NCBI GenBank assembly: GCA_029858565.1
Contig: JAOUEV010000069.1
Coordinates: 1 to 15,953, forward strand
Direction of reading: 5' to 3'
DNA: 15,953 nucleotides
Source of the DNA: Nitrospirota bacterium
Lineage (GTDB): Bacteria > Nitrospirota > UBA9217
How positions within the stretch are numbered: the stretch's first letter is position 1; every line of letters begins with the position of its first letter. Of this stretch, positions 6,761-14,878 are shown piece by piece. The notes under the pieces are model-generated. The model saw only the letters and a program-made list of their open reading frames with translations. It had not been told where the DNA came from and did not search any database. Position numbers and translations under genes: made by a program.

Positions 6761-9760
6761 CTACAGCTTCACTTCCACGGTCATGACCTTCTCGCCCAGC
6801 AGGAAGCGCTGCCGCTCCACCGTCACCAGCATCACGTCGCCCTTCTTCTTGTAGAACAGCGCCAGTTTGAGGCCCTGCAGATCAGCCACAGGAACCCCGT
6901 CCACAGCGATCAGCGCGTCGCCCGAACGAAGGCCGGCATTCTGCGCAGGACCGTCCTTGGAAAATCCGCTGAATATGAGCCGTTTCTTTTCCTCTTTGAA
7001 CGAGGCCATGAGCTTGGGCGCGGTCAGACCATCGAGCGACTGGGGGAATATCAGGAAATCCGCGATACCCGGACCGAGTTCGCCGTCATTCATGACGATC
7101 GAATAGGGAGCGCCGTTCCTCCGGTGAACCCGCTTGGGGATGCCGGAGCCATGGGCAATATGCCCGCCGCCTGCGATCACCACCATCCGCTTTCCGGGAT
7201 TCTTCCGCAGATAGTTGTCCACTGACTCGGCCATGGTCTCGTCCCACAGCACCTGGGACTGGACAAAGAAATCGAAGTTCTTCTCTTCCCCTCCGGGCAT
7301 GCGGTGCTGGGAGAACACCTCTCGCAGCCGGTCGCGGTACTCCTGGTCGGAAAAATCGGTTTCCCGGGGAAGTTCCTTGCGTTCTTCCTCGGTCAGCGAA
7401 TCCATCCCGCCCTTGGAGACCTTCTCGGTGATCTCGCGCCTGAGGTTCAGGGCAACCAGCGGGATGCGGTTGGACCGGCAGAAGTCCAGGATGGGCTTAT
7501 ACAGGTTATAATCGAATCCCCAGCGTTTGAAATACTCGGACCGGGAGAGGAACTCCTTCTCGTCGATGGACCCGTTGATATAATCGTCCAGCGCGGGCTG
7601 GAACGGCCGCTGGAACATTTCCATGCCCACGGCGATCGTGCGGTCCCTGCTGAAGAGCGCCTGGATAAGATCGACCTGGACAGCATGGTGGCTGAACTGG
7701 TCGTGGTACTCTCCCACATAGACGATACGCTTGTCCGCCACGCCCTCGACAATACTGGAAAAGGTCTTGAGCGCCCGCACATCAAGGACCAGGGGCTCCT
7801 CGCGAACCGTCAGGATGATGCCGCGGTCGGCTGTTGCCGTGCTTTTGGCCCTGTTCCGACCGTTCTCAAAGGAAAGGCTTGAATATTTGCCGTAGTGATA
7901 GATCTTTCCAAAGGCCGCTGCGGTCTCGCTTGCTGACGGGGAGTTCACGACCGCCACAGGCATCCGGAGATCCCAGGGGTTCTTCCTGACCTCGATGCTG
8001 AATCCCGCTGCCGGCAGGTCCAGGGACCCGAAGAGGCGCTCCGCAACAGGATTGTCGCGTCCCAGAATGACCACAGCGCTTTTCCGCAGGTCGCTGTCCT
8101 TGACCGCCCCGGCCTCACGCACCTCGCCGCCTTTTTCAGTTAAGCCCTTGATCGCGGCCTCGTACCTGCTCCGCTCGGAGAGCGGCAGCACCACGAGCGG
8201 ATCCGTTGCTCCCGTGATCGCCGCTATGAGCGGCGGCGTCTCGTCAGGGGTAAGTATCCGGACCAGGTCATAATCCCGGTCAATGACCGCGGTCGAGGGC
8301 TCCTTGTCCAGGGTGAAGGAGATATGCTTTCGGTCGCTGTCAATGACGATCCGCTCCTCTTTGGACCCTCCCCGCAGAAACGCTATCTCCACAGCAAGCT
8401 CCGCAGGAAGCGCGCTGTTCTTTCTCTTCACATCAAAGGCGAGCTCATAAGAGCTTCCGTTCCGCTTCATCGACGGATTCTCCACGCGGATATCGGGAAG
8501 TCCCCTGCCAGCAAGCATCTGGACAAAGAACGGTTTCAGGTCCATTCCTGTCTCCCGCTCGAATGCAGCGCGGATATCGCTCCACGATCCTTCCTGGAAC
8601 TGGCGGTCCCTGATGAAGGCGCGCAGAGCAGCGAAGAATTTTTCGTCGCCTGCCTGCTTCCTGAGCTGGTGGAAGACCAGCGCCGCCTTTCCATAGCCCA
8701 CGGACCGGGACGCAAGGTCCATCCTGCTTTGAAAATCCTTGAGCGGAAAATCATCCGTTTCCCTCACATAGGCCCCGTAGTTCAGGAGCAGCTGCTTCCG
8801 GTGCTCCCACCCCTTTCCTTTCAGCTCATCATACCAGTGGTCCGCGAGGTACGCGGTCAGCCCTTCAGCCCAGTTGCCCTGGCTGCCGTCAACGTATACC
8901 GAGTTCCCGAACCACTGATGAAGGATCTCATGGCCCAGCGAGGTCTCGATGATGAAGGGAAGCCGCACAACATCCTGGCCGAGGAGCGTGAACGTCGGCA
9001 GGGAATAACCCGTGGGCAGAACGTTCTCGACCACCGAGAACCGCTTGAAGGGATAGGGCGTGAGCATCTTCTCGTACAGCGCCAGGTAGTTCTTCGCCTG
9101 TTCCAGATAGGACGCGGCAAGGGCCCGGTCCTCCTTCAGGAAGTAGGTGAACACTTCGATGTTCCCCTGCCGTTCCTTCAGCACCTCGAAACGGTCCGAT
9201 GCGACAAGGGAAAGCGAATCCAGGGGATGGGGAAAATCAAAGGCAAAGACCACCGAACCGCCGGACTGCGTCCGGGACATTGATTCCGACTCGGATACCG
9301 CCTCATACCCGGCAGGCAGGACCGCGGTCAGTTTCCAGAGACCCAACCCCTGGGGACGGGGATGCCACATGCCGGTAAGCGAGACCCCGCGCGCGTTGAT
9401 GATGCTGGACACCACACCGTAGTTCCGGTCGCCGATCGGCCCGCTTTCCGCGAATACGCCCTCATAGGTGATCACCGCGGATCCGTCAGCCGCGGGTGTA
9501 AAGGAGACCGCACCGTCCTCTGTTGCGAGGACCTGGGCGGCATTGTTCACGGTGACGCCTTTGATGACCAGACCGCCGGCCTGGAAAATCTCCCGCACCC
9601 CGGCCCGAACATCGAACCGGACGGTTCCACTGACCAAGGAACGCTCGATCTGCACCGCAACGTCCAGATGGTATTCGCGCCAGGGGGGCCGCCGGCCATC
9701 GTCAGCCTTCACCGCGACCGGAAGCAGTATGAGGAACAGCAGGAACGCCAGTGATTTCAC
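6761..9760 (-). CDS. Exported M1-family metallo-aminopeptidase fused to a ChaN (heme-uptake-like) domain and a C-terminal PDZ domain, 999 aa
   Basis: GTG start with SD AAAGGAG, then a signal peptide. Zinc motif HEILH-x18-E (HEILHQWFGNSVYVDGSQGNWAEGL). ChaN-type IVYVGEYHD...MEMFQ...WDETMA...AGGGH. PDZ-type PAQNAGLRSGDALIAVDG. Confidence 0.9.
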   Translation of the reverse strand: MKSLAFLLFLILLPVAVKADDGRRPPWREYHLDVAVQIERSLVSGTVRFDVRAGVREIFQAGGLVIKGVTVNNAAQVLATEDGAVSFTPAADGSAVITYEGVFAESGPIGDRNYGVVSSIINARGVSLTGMWHPRPQGLGLWKLTAVLPAGYEAVSESESMSRTQSGGSVVFAFDFPHPLDSLSLVASDRFEVLKERQGNIEVFTYFLKEDRALAASYLEQAKNYLALYEKMLTPYPFKRFSVVENVLPTGYSLPTFTLLGQDVVRLPFIIETSLGHEILHQWFGNSVYVDGSQGNWAEGLTAYLADHWYDELKGKGWEHRKQLLLNYGAYVRETDDFPLKDFQSRMDLASRSVGYGKAALVFHQLRKQAGDEKFFAALRAFIRDRQFQEGSWSDIRAAFERETGMDLKPFFVQMLAGRGLPDIRVENPSMKRNGSSYELAFDVKRKNSALPAELAVEIAFLRGGSKEERIVIDSDRKHISFTLDKEPSTAVIDRDYDLVRILTPDETPPLIAAITGATDPLVVLPLSERSRYEAAIKGLTEKGGEVREAGAVKDSDLRKSAVVILGRDNPVAERLFGSLDLPAAGFSIEVRKNPWDLRMPVAVVNSPSASETAAAFGKIYHYGKYSSLSFENGRNRAKSTATADRGIILTVREEPLVLDVRALKTFSSIVEGVADKRIVYVGEYHDQFSHHAVQVDLIQALFSRDRTIAVGMEMFQRPFQPALDDYINGSIDEKEFLSRSEYFKRWGFDYNLYKPILDFCRSNRIPLVALNLRREITEKVSKGGMDSLTEEERKELPRETDFSDQEYRDRLREVFSQHRMPGGEEKNFDFFVQSQVLWDETMAESVDNYLRKNPGKRMVVIAGGGHIAHGSGIPKRVHRRNGAPYSIVMNDGELGPGIADFLIFPQSLDGLTAPKLMASFKEEKKRLIFSGFSKDGPAQNAGLRSGDALIAVDGVPVADLQGLKLALFYKKKGDVMLVTVERQRFLLGEKVMTVEVKL

Positions 9761-9792
9761 GGAGGTCTCCTTTCGAACAACACGCTCCTACG

Positions 9793-9801
9793 ATAGTACC
9801 A
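9793..9801 (-). promoter_or_regulatory. Putative extended -10 promoter (TGgTACTAT) of the M1-ChaN-PDZ gene
   Basis: Minus strand TGGTACTAT about 32 nt upstream of the GTG. The same GGTACTATC 9-mer occurs upstream of the REC-PilZ gene (5483-5491). Confidence 0.4.
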
Positions 9802-9897
9802 GAATTTCACATCCTTAGCCATTGGTTCCCTTTTACGGTCCCTCCCCGGCTATCCGGGAGATCTTGGACTGTTTCTTCAGGGAACAGACAAATTGTC

Positions 9898-9926
9898 TTG
9901 AAATTGGTCGCCAAGGACACTATAAT
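9898..9926 (+). promoter_or_regulatory. Near-consensus sigma70 promoter of the dksA-like gene
   Basis: TTGAAA (9898-9903), 17 nt, TATAAT (9921-9926). Confidence 0.75.
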
Positions 9927-9991
9927 ATGCGGCATTCTGTGGGTAGGTCGGATTCGAGCCGATTGCCCCGCGCCGGGAGGTATCTCAGAAC

Positions 9992-10609
9992 ATGGCGGTT
10001 AAAAAGAAGGCCAAGAAAAAGGCTGCGCCGAAAAGATCGGCAGGCAAGAAGGCAGTGAAGAAAGCAGCAAAGAAGAAGGCCGCTAAGAAGACGGCGACCC
10101 GGACCGTGAAAAAGGCGGTAAAGAAGAAGACCGCGAAAAAAGCAGCGAAGAAAACAGCAAAGAAGACCGCACCCCGCAAATCCTCTGCCGCCGCGGCTCC
10201 CCGTATGTCCGCTGAACTGATGAAGCGGAAGGAGCAGCTCAAGAAGATCCTCCTGAAGAAGCGCGCCGAGGTCGTGGAGCGGCTCGAGGCCCGCATGGGA
10301 CAGAAGCTCGTCCGCGAGACGGGCCAGAAGATCGACTCGGCCATGGACAGCGCCGACCAGTCGGCCCAGGACGTTGACCAGGGCATCGATTACTCCATCA
10401 TCGAGATGAAGTACGAGCAGTACAAGGACATCGCAGATGCGTTCCGGAAGCTGCAGAGCAACGCCTACGGCCTCTGCGAGGAATGCGGCAACGATATCAG
10501 CCTCAAGCGGCTGGAAGTGAACCCCCTGGCGCGGTACTGCATCGAATGCAAGACCCGCAAGGAGGAGCTTGAGAAGATCCAGCGCGAGGAAACGCGATTC
10601 AAGGAATAG
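9992..10609 (+). CDS. dksA: DksA/TraR C4 zinc-finger protein with a Lys/Ala-rich histone-H1-like N-terminal extension, 205 aa
   Basis: SD GGAGG. Coiled-coil tip DSADQS. Zinc finger YGLCEECG...RLEVNPLARYCIECK. The first ~65 residues are KKAAKK-type repeats. The symbol is family-level only. Confidence 0.88.
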   Translation: MAVKKKAKKKAAPKRSAGKKAVKKAAKKKAAKKTATRTVKKAVKKKTAKKAAKKTAKKTAPRKSSAAAAPRMSAELMKRKEQLKKILLKKRAEVVERLEARMGQKLVRETGQKIDSAMDSADQSAQDVDQGIDYSIIEMKYEQYKDIADAFRKLQSNAYGLCEECGNDISLKRLEVNPLARYCIECKTRKEELEKIQREETRFKE

Positions 10610-10615
10610 TTTTTC

Positions 10616-10644
10616 TTGACAACCGGAGAGGCATCCAGTAATTT
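10616..10644 (+). promoter_or_regulatory. Sigma70 promoter of the tRNA gene
   Basis: TTGACA (10616-10621), 17 nt, TAATTT (10639-10644), 25 nt before the tRNA. Confidence 0.65.
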
Positions 10645-10669
10645 ATCCTCCGTCCGATCACCCTACCGT

Positions 10670-10744
10670 GGCGGTGTAGCTCAGCGGTAGAGCAGGGGAA
10701 TCATAATCCCTGTGTCCGGGGTTCAAATCCCTGCACCGCCACCA
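10670..10744 (+). tRNA. tRNA with CAT anticodon, most likely elongator tRNA-Met
   Basis: GGCGGTG-TA-GCTC-AGCGGTA-GAGC-A-GGGGA-ATCATAA-TCCCT-GTGTC-CGGGG-TTCAAAT-CCCTG-CACCGCC-A-CCA. G1-C72 is paired, so it is not an initiator tRNA. CCA is encoded. Confidence 0.95.
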
Positions 10745-10877
10745 TTTTTCCTCTCTTTCACCGTTCCCCTGATCCGAATTCTTCGGTATAATGAACTACC
10801 CGAGACAAGCGACGGGCTGTCATGCCGCGGTCTTTTCCGGCCTCGTCACTGTTCTCCTGTCCTGCTTCATTTTTCTT

Positions 10878-12254
10878 ATGCTGATTGACGCCGTCCGCGA
10901 AACGATCAAGAAGCACTCACTCCTCTCCCCCGGCGACCGCGTGGTCGTGGCGGTATCGGGCGGACCGGACTCGGTTTGTCTGCTGAGCGTTCTCCGGGAG
11001 CTGTCCCGGGAACTGGACCTGACGCTGCAGGTGGCCCATGTGGACCATATGTTCCGGGGCAAGGAGTCCGCGGACGACGCGCGCTTTGTCGCGGACCTGG
11101 CGAATAAGCTCGGCCTTCCCTCGTCCATCGGGCAGTTCGATGTGCCCCGGTACTGCAGGGAACGCGGCTGTTCGTCCCAGGAAGGCGCCCGGAAAGTGCG
11201 CTACGGCTTCCTGCAGCAGGTGGCGCATGATACCGGCGCGTCCCGCATCGCCACGGGACACACGGCAGATGATCAGGCCGAGACCCTGCTGATGCGGCTC
11301 ATCCGCGGCGCCGGCGTCGCCGGGCTGTCGGGCATCCCGCCGGTCCGGGACAACGTGGTACGTCCCCTGATCGAGATCACGCGCACGCAGGTGCTGGATT
11401 ATCTCCGCCAGCAGGACCTCGCCTACCGCGTTGATCCCTCGAACGATCAACCGGTCTATACGCGGAACCGGATCCGCCTGGAGGTGCTGCCGGTCCTTAA
11501 GCGGCTCAATCCGCGGATCGTGGAGACCCTCGCGCTGGAAGCCGCCCTGCTCCGGGACGAGGATGAGGCAGTTGAGGAGCATCTGCGTGCGATCGCCGAG
11601 CACGCCGTGGCCAGGAACGATGATGTCCTCGCCCTCAAGCGCGAGGCCTTCGAATCCCTCCCCGCTGCCTTCCGACGCCGGCTGTTCAGGATCGTCGTGA
11701 ACATGACCGAAGCCGACGCTTCGTCGCTCTCGCTCGGCCAGGTCGACGACGCGCTCGCATTCCTGATGACGGCCCGCACCGGCAGGTCGCTGCACCTGCC
11801 CCGGGGCCTTACGGTCACCCGCGAATATGACCGCTTCGTGTTCAGCACTCACCAGGACCCCGCGGCGTTCGCCCATGACCTCCCGGTCCCCGGCACCCTG
11901 AGGGCACCGGAAATCGGGCGGGAGATAAGCACCGAGGTCGTGCTCCCCGGAGACCCGGGACCGGAACGGTCAAATTATCGGTGGCAGGCCAGTTTCGATT
12001 ATGATAAGATACGTCCGTTTCTGACCATCCGGAGCCGGCGTCCCGGCGACTGGTTCCGTCCGGCGGGCATGGCGGGCAAAAGCAAAAAGCTCCAGGATTT
12101 CTTTGTTGACGAGAAGGTTCCGCTCAGGAAGCGCGGATCCATACCTCTCCTCTGCTCAGGAGAGGACATCCTGTGGGTCGTTGGCCTCCGGACCGATGAA
12201 CGGTTCCTGCCGGGGCCGGAGACGAAGAAGATAGTAATCGTAACAGTACGATAA
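10878..12254 (+). CDS. tilS: tRNA(Ile)-lysidine synthetase, about 458 aa
   Basis: Motifs VAVSGGPDSVCLL, HVDHMFRG, IATGHTADDQAETLLMRLIRG, RPL and YTRNRIR, plus C-terminal KKLQDFFVDEKVP. Start placed at ATG 10878 (MLIDAVRETI) from typical N-terminal length. ATG 10791 overlaps a TATAAT box. Confidence 0.95.
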   Translation: MLIDAVRETIKKHSLLSPGDRVVVAVSGGPDSVCLLSVLRELSRELDLTLQVAHVDHMFRGKESADDARFVADLANKLGLPSSIGQFDVPRYCRERGCSSQEGARKVRYGFLQQVAHDTGASRIATGHTADDQAETLLMRLIRGAGVAGLSGIPPVRDNVVRPLIEITRTQVLDYLRQQDLAYRVDPSNDQPVYTRNRIRLEVLPVLKRLNPRIVETLALEAALLRDEDEAVEEHLRAIAEHAVARNDDVLALKREAFESLPAAFRRRLFRIVVNMTEADASSLSLGQVDDALAFLMTARTGRSLHLPRGLTVTREYDRFVFSTHQDPAAFAHDLPVPGTLRAPEIGREISTEVVLPGDPGPERSNYRWQASFDYDKIRPFLTIRSRRPGDWFRPAGMAGKSKKLQDFFVDEKVPLRKRGSIPLLCSGEDILWVVGLRTDERFLPGPETKKIVIVTVR

Positions 12255-12260
12255 ATTCCG

Positions 12261-12328
12261 TCAGGGGTGAGGGGTCAGGAGTAAGGGGAAACCGCCCTGT
12301 TCATTATCCCCTTACCCTTTACCCCTTA
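12261..12328. repeat. Inverted array of 7-nt repeats (TNAGGGG x4 / CCCCTTA x3)
   Basis: TCAGGGG TGAGGGG TCAGGAG TAAGGGG (12261-12288), a 19-nt spacer, then CCCCTTA CCCTTTA CCCCTTA (12308-12328). It starts 6 nt after the tilS stop and ends 9 nt before the hpt SD. Confidence 0.88.
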
Positions 12329-12349
12329 CGATTCATTGGAGGTTATTAC

Positions 12350-12892
12350 ATGGTAGGTATCGATTTCGGCAAACCGTTGTTCACCCGCGAGGAGATACAG
12401 CGCAAGATCCAGGAGCTGGGCAACCGCATCTCGACCGAATACGCGGACAAGGACCTGCTCGTGGTGGGCGTGCTCAAGGGGGCCATCTTCTTCATGTCCG
12501 ATCTCATGCGGTCGCTCAGGATCTCGGTGCGCATGGACTTCATCCATTGCACCAGTTCCTCCAAAAGCCCCGACGGTCAGCCGGTCCGCATCCTCGCTGA
12601 TATGAAGGAGAACGTGAAGGACCAGCATGTGCTGCTCCTGGAGGACATCATGGACTCAGGCGTGACCATCGATTTCCTGAAGAAACGGCTCGCGGCACAG
12701 AATCCCGCCTCGCTCAAGGTATGCGTACTGCTCGACAAGCCTGACCGGAGAAAGGTCCGGATCGAGGCGGACTACGCCGGTTTCCGCATCCCCAACAAGT
12801 ACGTCGTCGGCTACGGGCTTGATTTCGAGGACCGCTACCGCAACCTGCCCTATATCGCCGTCCTGCCCCACGAGGAGCGGCAGCAGAGCTGA
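12350..12892 (+). CDS. hpt: Hypoxanthine phosphoribosyltransferase
   Basis: SD GGAGG. Motifs GVLKGA, PRPP-binding VLLLEDIMDSGVT, LLDKP and YVVGYGLD..YRNLPYI. It occupies the usual position between tilS and ftsH. Confidence 0.94.
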   Translation: MVGIDFGKPLFTREEIQRKIQELGNRISTEYADKDLLVVGVLKGAIFFMSDLMRSLRISVRMDFIHCTSSSKSPDGQPVRILADMKENVKDQHVLLLEDIMDSGVTIDFLKKRLAAQNPASLKVCVLLDKPDRRKVRIEADYAGFRIPNKYVVGYGLDFEDRYRNLPYIAVLPHEERQQS

Positions 12893-12909
12893 GCCCGGGG
12901 ATAAAGCTG

Positions 12910-12938
12910 TTGTCACTGCACGCTGAATATGCTAATAT
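12910..12938 (+). promoter_or_regulatory. Sigma70 promoter of ftsH with extended -10
   Basis: TTGTCA (12910-12915), 17 nt, TAATAT (12933-12938), preceded by TG at 12930-12931. Confidence 0.6.
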
Positions 12939-13078
12939 GCCGCTCCGGTAAGACGGTTTGCACCATCCGTTTCAGGACCGCCTGACCAGCACAAAATACG
13001 TTCATACTTTCAACATGTTGAAGCAGCTGCCGACCGCTCTTTCCGCGGCGGTTCGTAATGCAAGGAGGTCCATAATCC

Positions 13079-14878
13079 GTGAGTGCCATGTATAAGAATA
13101 TCGCGCTGATCCTGCTGTTCGTGGTAGTGTCGGTGCTCGTGTTCAACCTGTTCAATCCCATCGCTCCTCAGGCCATCCAGATCCCCTTCAGCGATTTCCT
13201 GGACAAGGTCGAGAAGGGTGAAGTCAGCGACGTGACCATCAAGGGCCTGGATGTCAAGGGCACCTACGCGTCGGGCAAGTCGTTCACCACGAACCTTCCC
13301 CATGAGTACCCCGATCTGATCAGCAATCTTCGGGATAAGAAGGTCAAGATCAACGTGGAGCCGCTCAAGGAGTCCGGGTGGTACAACTTCCTGGTGGTAT
13401 GGGCGCCGCTCATCCTGATGGTCTTCTGGTTCCTCTTCATCGTGCGGAACATGCAGATGGGCGGCAACAAGGCAATGTCCTTCGGCAAGAGCCGCGCCAA
13501 GCTCCTGAACGAGAGCGGCAAGAAGATCACCTTCAGCGAAGTGGCCGGAATGGACGAGGCCAAGGTGGAGGTCCAGGAGATCATCGAGATCCTGAAGGAC
13601 CCGCAGAAGTTCCAGAAGCTCGGCGGCAAGATCCCCAAGGGAGTGCTGCTCATGGGACCTCCGGGAACGGGCAAGACCCTCCTGGCGCGGGCCATTGCCG
13701 GCGAGGCGGGCGTCCCCTTTTTCTCCATCAGCGGCTCCGACTTCGTCGAGATGTTCGTGGGCGTGGGCGCTTCCCGCGTGCGGGACCTCTTCGAGCAGGG
13801 CAAGAAGAACGCTCCCTGCATCCTATTCATCGATGAGATCGATGCCGTGGGCCGCCATCGCGGCGCGGGCCTGGGCGGCGGACACGATGAACGCGAGCAG
13901 ACCCTGAACCAGCTCCTCGTGGAAATGGACGGCTTCGAATCGAACGAAGGCGTGATCCTTGTCGCCGCGACCAACCGGCCCGACGTGCTCGATCCCGCGC
14001 TGCTCCGGCCGGGCAGGTTCGACCGCCAGGTCGTCATCCCCCGTCCCGACCTCACCGGCAGGGTCGGCGTCCTGAAGGTGCACACCAAGAAGATCAAGCT
14101 GGCGCCGAACATCGACCTGGAATCGATCGCCCGCGGCACGCCCGGCATGTCCGGCGCGGAGCTGGCGAATCTGGTGAACGAGGCCGCGCTGCTCGCCGGC
14201 CGGGCCAGCAAGTCCCAGGTGGAGAACGAGGATTTCGAGCACGCCAAGGACAAGATCCTCATGGGACTGGAACGCAAGAGCATGATCATCAGCGATGAGG
14301 AAAAGAAGAACACGGCATACCATGAGGCCGGCCACACCATCGTTGCCAAGCTCATCCCCGGGACCGACCCGGTGCACAAAGTGTCCATCATCCCGCGCGG
14401 AATGGCCCTGGGCGTCACGCTGCAGCTGCCCACGGCCGACCGGTACTCATACAACCGCGAGCACCTTTTGAACAACATCGCCATCCTCCTTGGCGGCCGC
14501 GCGGCCGAGGAGATCGCGCTTCAGCACATGACCACCGGCGCAGGCAACGACATCGAGCGCGCCACGGCCCTTGCCCGCAAGATGGTCACCGAATGGGGCA
14601 TGAGCGACCGGCTCGGGCCGCTTGCTTACGGCAAGAAGGAGGAGCAGATATTCCTGGGCCGCGAGATCGCCCAGCACCGGGACTTCAGCGAGCACACGGC
14701 CGTGGAGATCGACGCGGAGGTGAAGCGCATCGTCATGGAAAACTATGACCGCGCCAAGAAGCTGCTCTCCGGCCGGTCGGACACGCTCCATGCACTGACC
14801 AAGGCGCTGCTGGAAAAAGAGACCCTCGATGGTCCCGAGATCGATGCTATCGTCCATGGCCAGAACGCGGCGGTGTGA
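13079..14878 (+). CDS. ftsH: ATP-dependent zinc metalloprotease FtsH
   Basis: Two TM segments, Walker A GPPGTGKT, Walker [32 protein letters not shown] and HEAGH. SD AAGGAGG precedes the GTG. Confidence 0.98.
   Translation: MSAMYKNIALILLFVVVSVLVFNLFNPIAPQAIQIPFSDFLDKVEKGEVSDVTIKGLDVKGTYASGKSFTTNLPHEYPDLISNLRDKKVKINVEPLKESGWYNFLVVWAPLILMVFWFLFIVRNMQMGGNKAMSFGKSRAKLLNESGKKITFSEVAGMDEAKVEVQEIIEILKDPQKFQKLGGKIPKGVLLMGPPGTGKTLLARAIAGEAGVPFFSISGSDFVEMFVGVGASRVRDLFEQGKKNAPCILFIDEIDAVGRHRGAGLGGGHDEREQTLNQLLVEMDGFESNEGVILVAATNRPDVLDPALLRPGRFDRQVVIPRPDLTGRVGVLKVHTKKIKLAPNIDLESIARGTPGMSGAELANLVNEAALLAGRASKSQVENEDFEHAKDKILMGLERKSMIISDEEKKNTAYHEAGHTIVAKLIPGTDPVHKVSIIPRGMALGVTLQLPTADRYSYNREHLLNNIAILLGGRAAEEIALQHMTTGAGNDIERATALARKMVTEWGMSDRLGPLAYGKKEEQIFLGREIAQHRDFSEHTAVEIDAEVKRIVMENYDRAKKLLSGRSDTLHALTKALLEKETLDGPEIDAIVHGQNAAV

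Noticed and set aside
10745-10877. Integrated element or att site at the tRNA 3' end
   Set aside because: No integrase and no duplicated tRNA 3' end in the window; housekeeping tilS follows directly.
10791-10877. Track N-terminal extension of TilS, and likewise the starts at 724, 3589, 4607 and 6316
   Set aside because: These upstream starts overlap promoter or terminator elements or lack an SD. Downstream starts fit the SD position or family length better.
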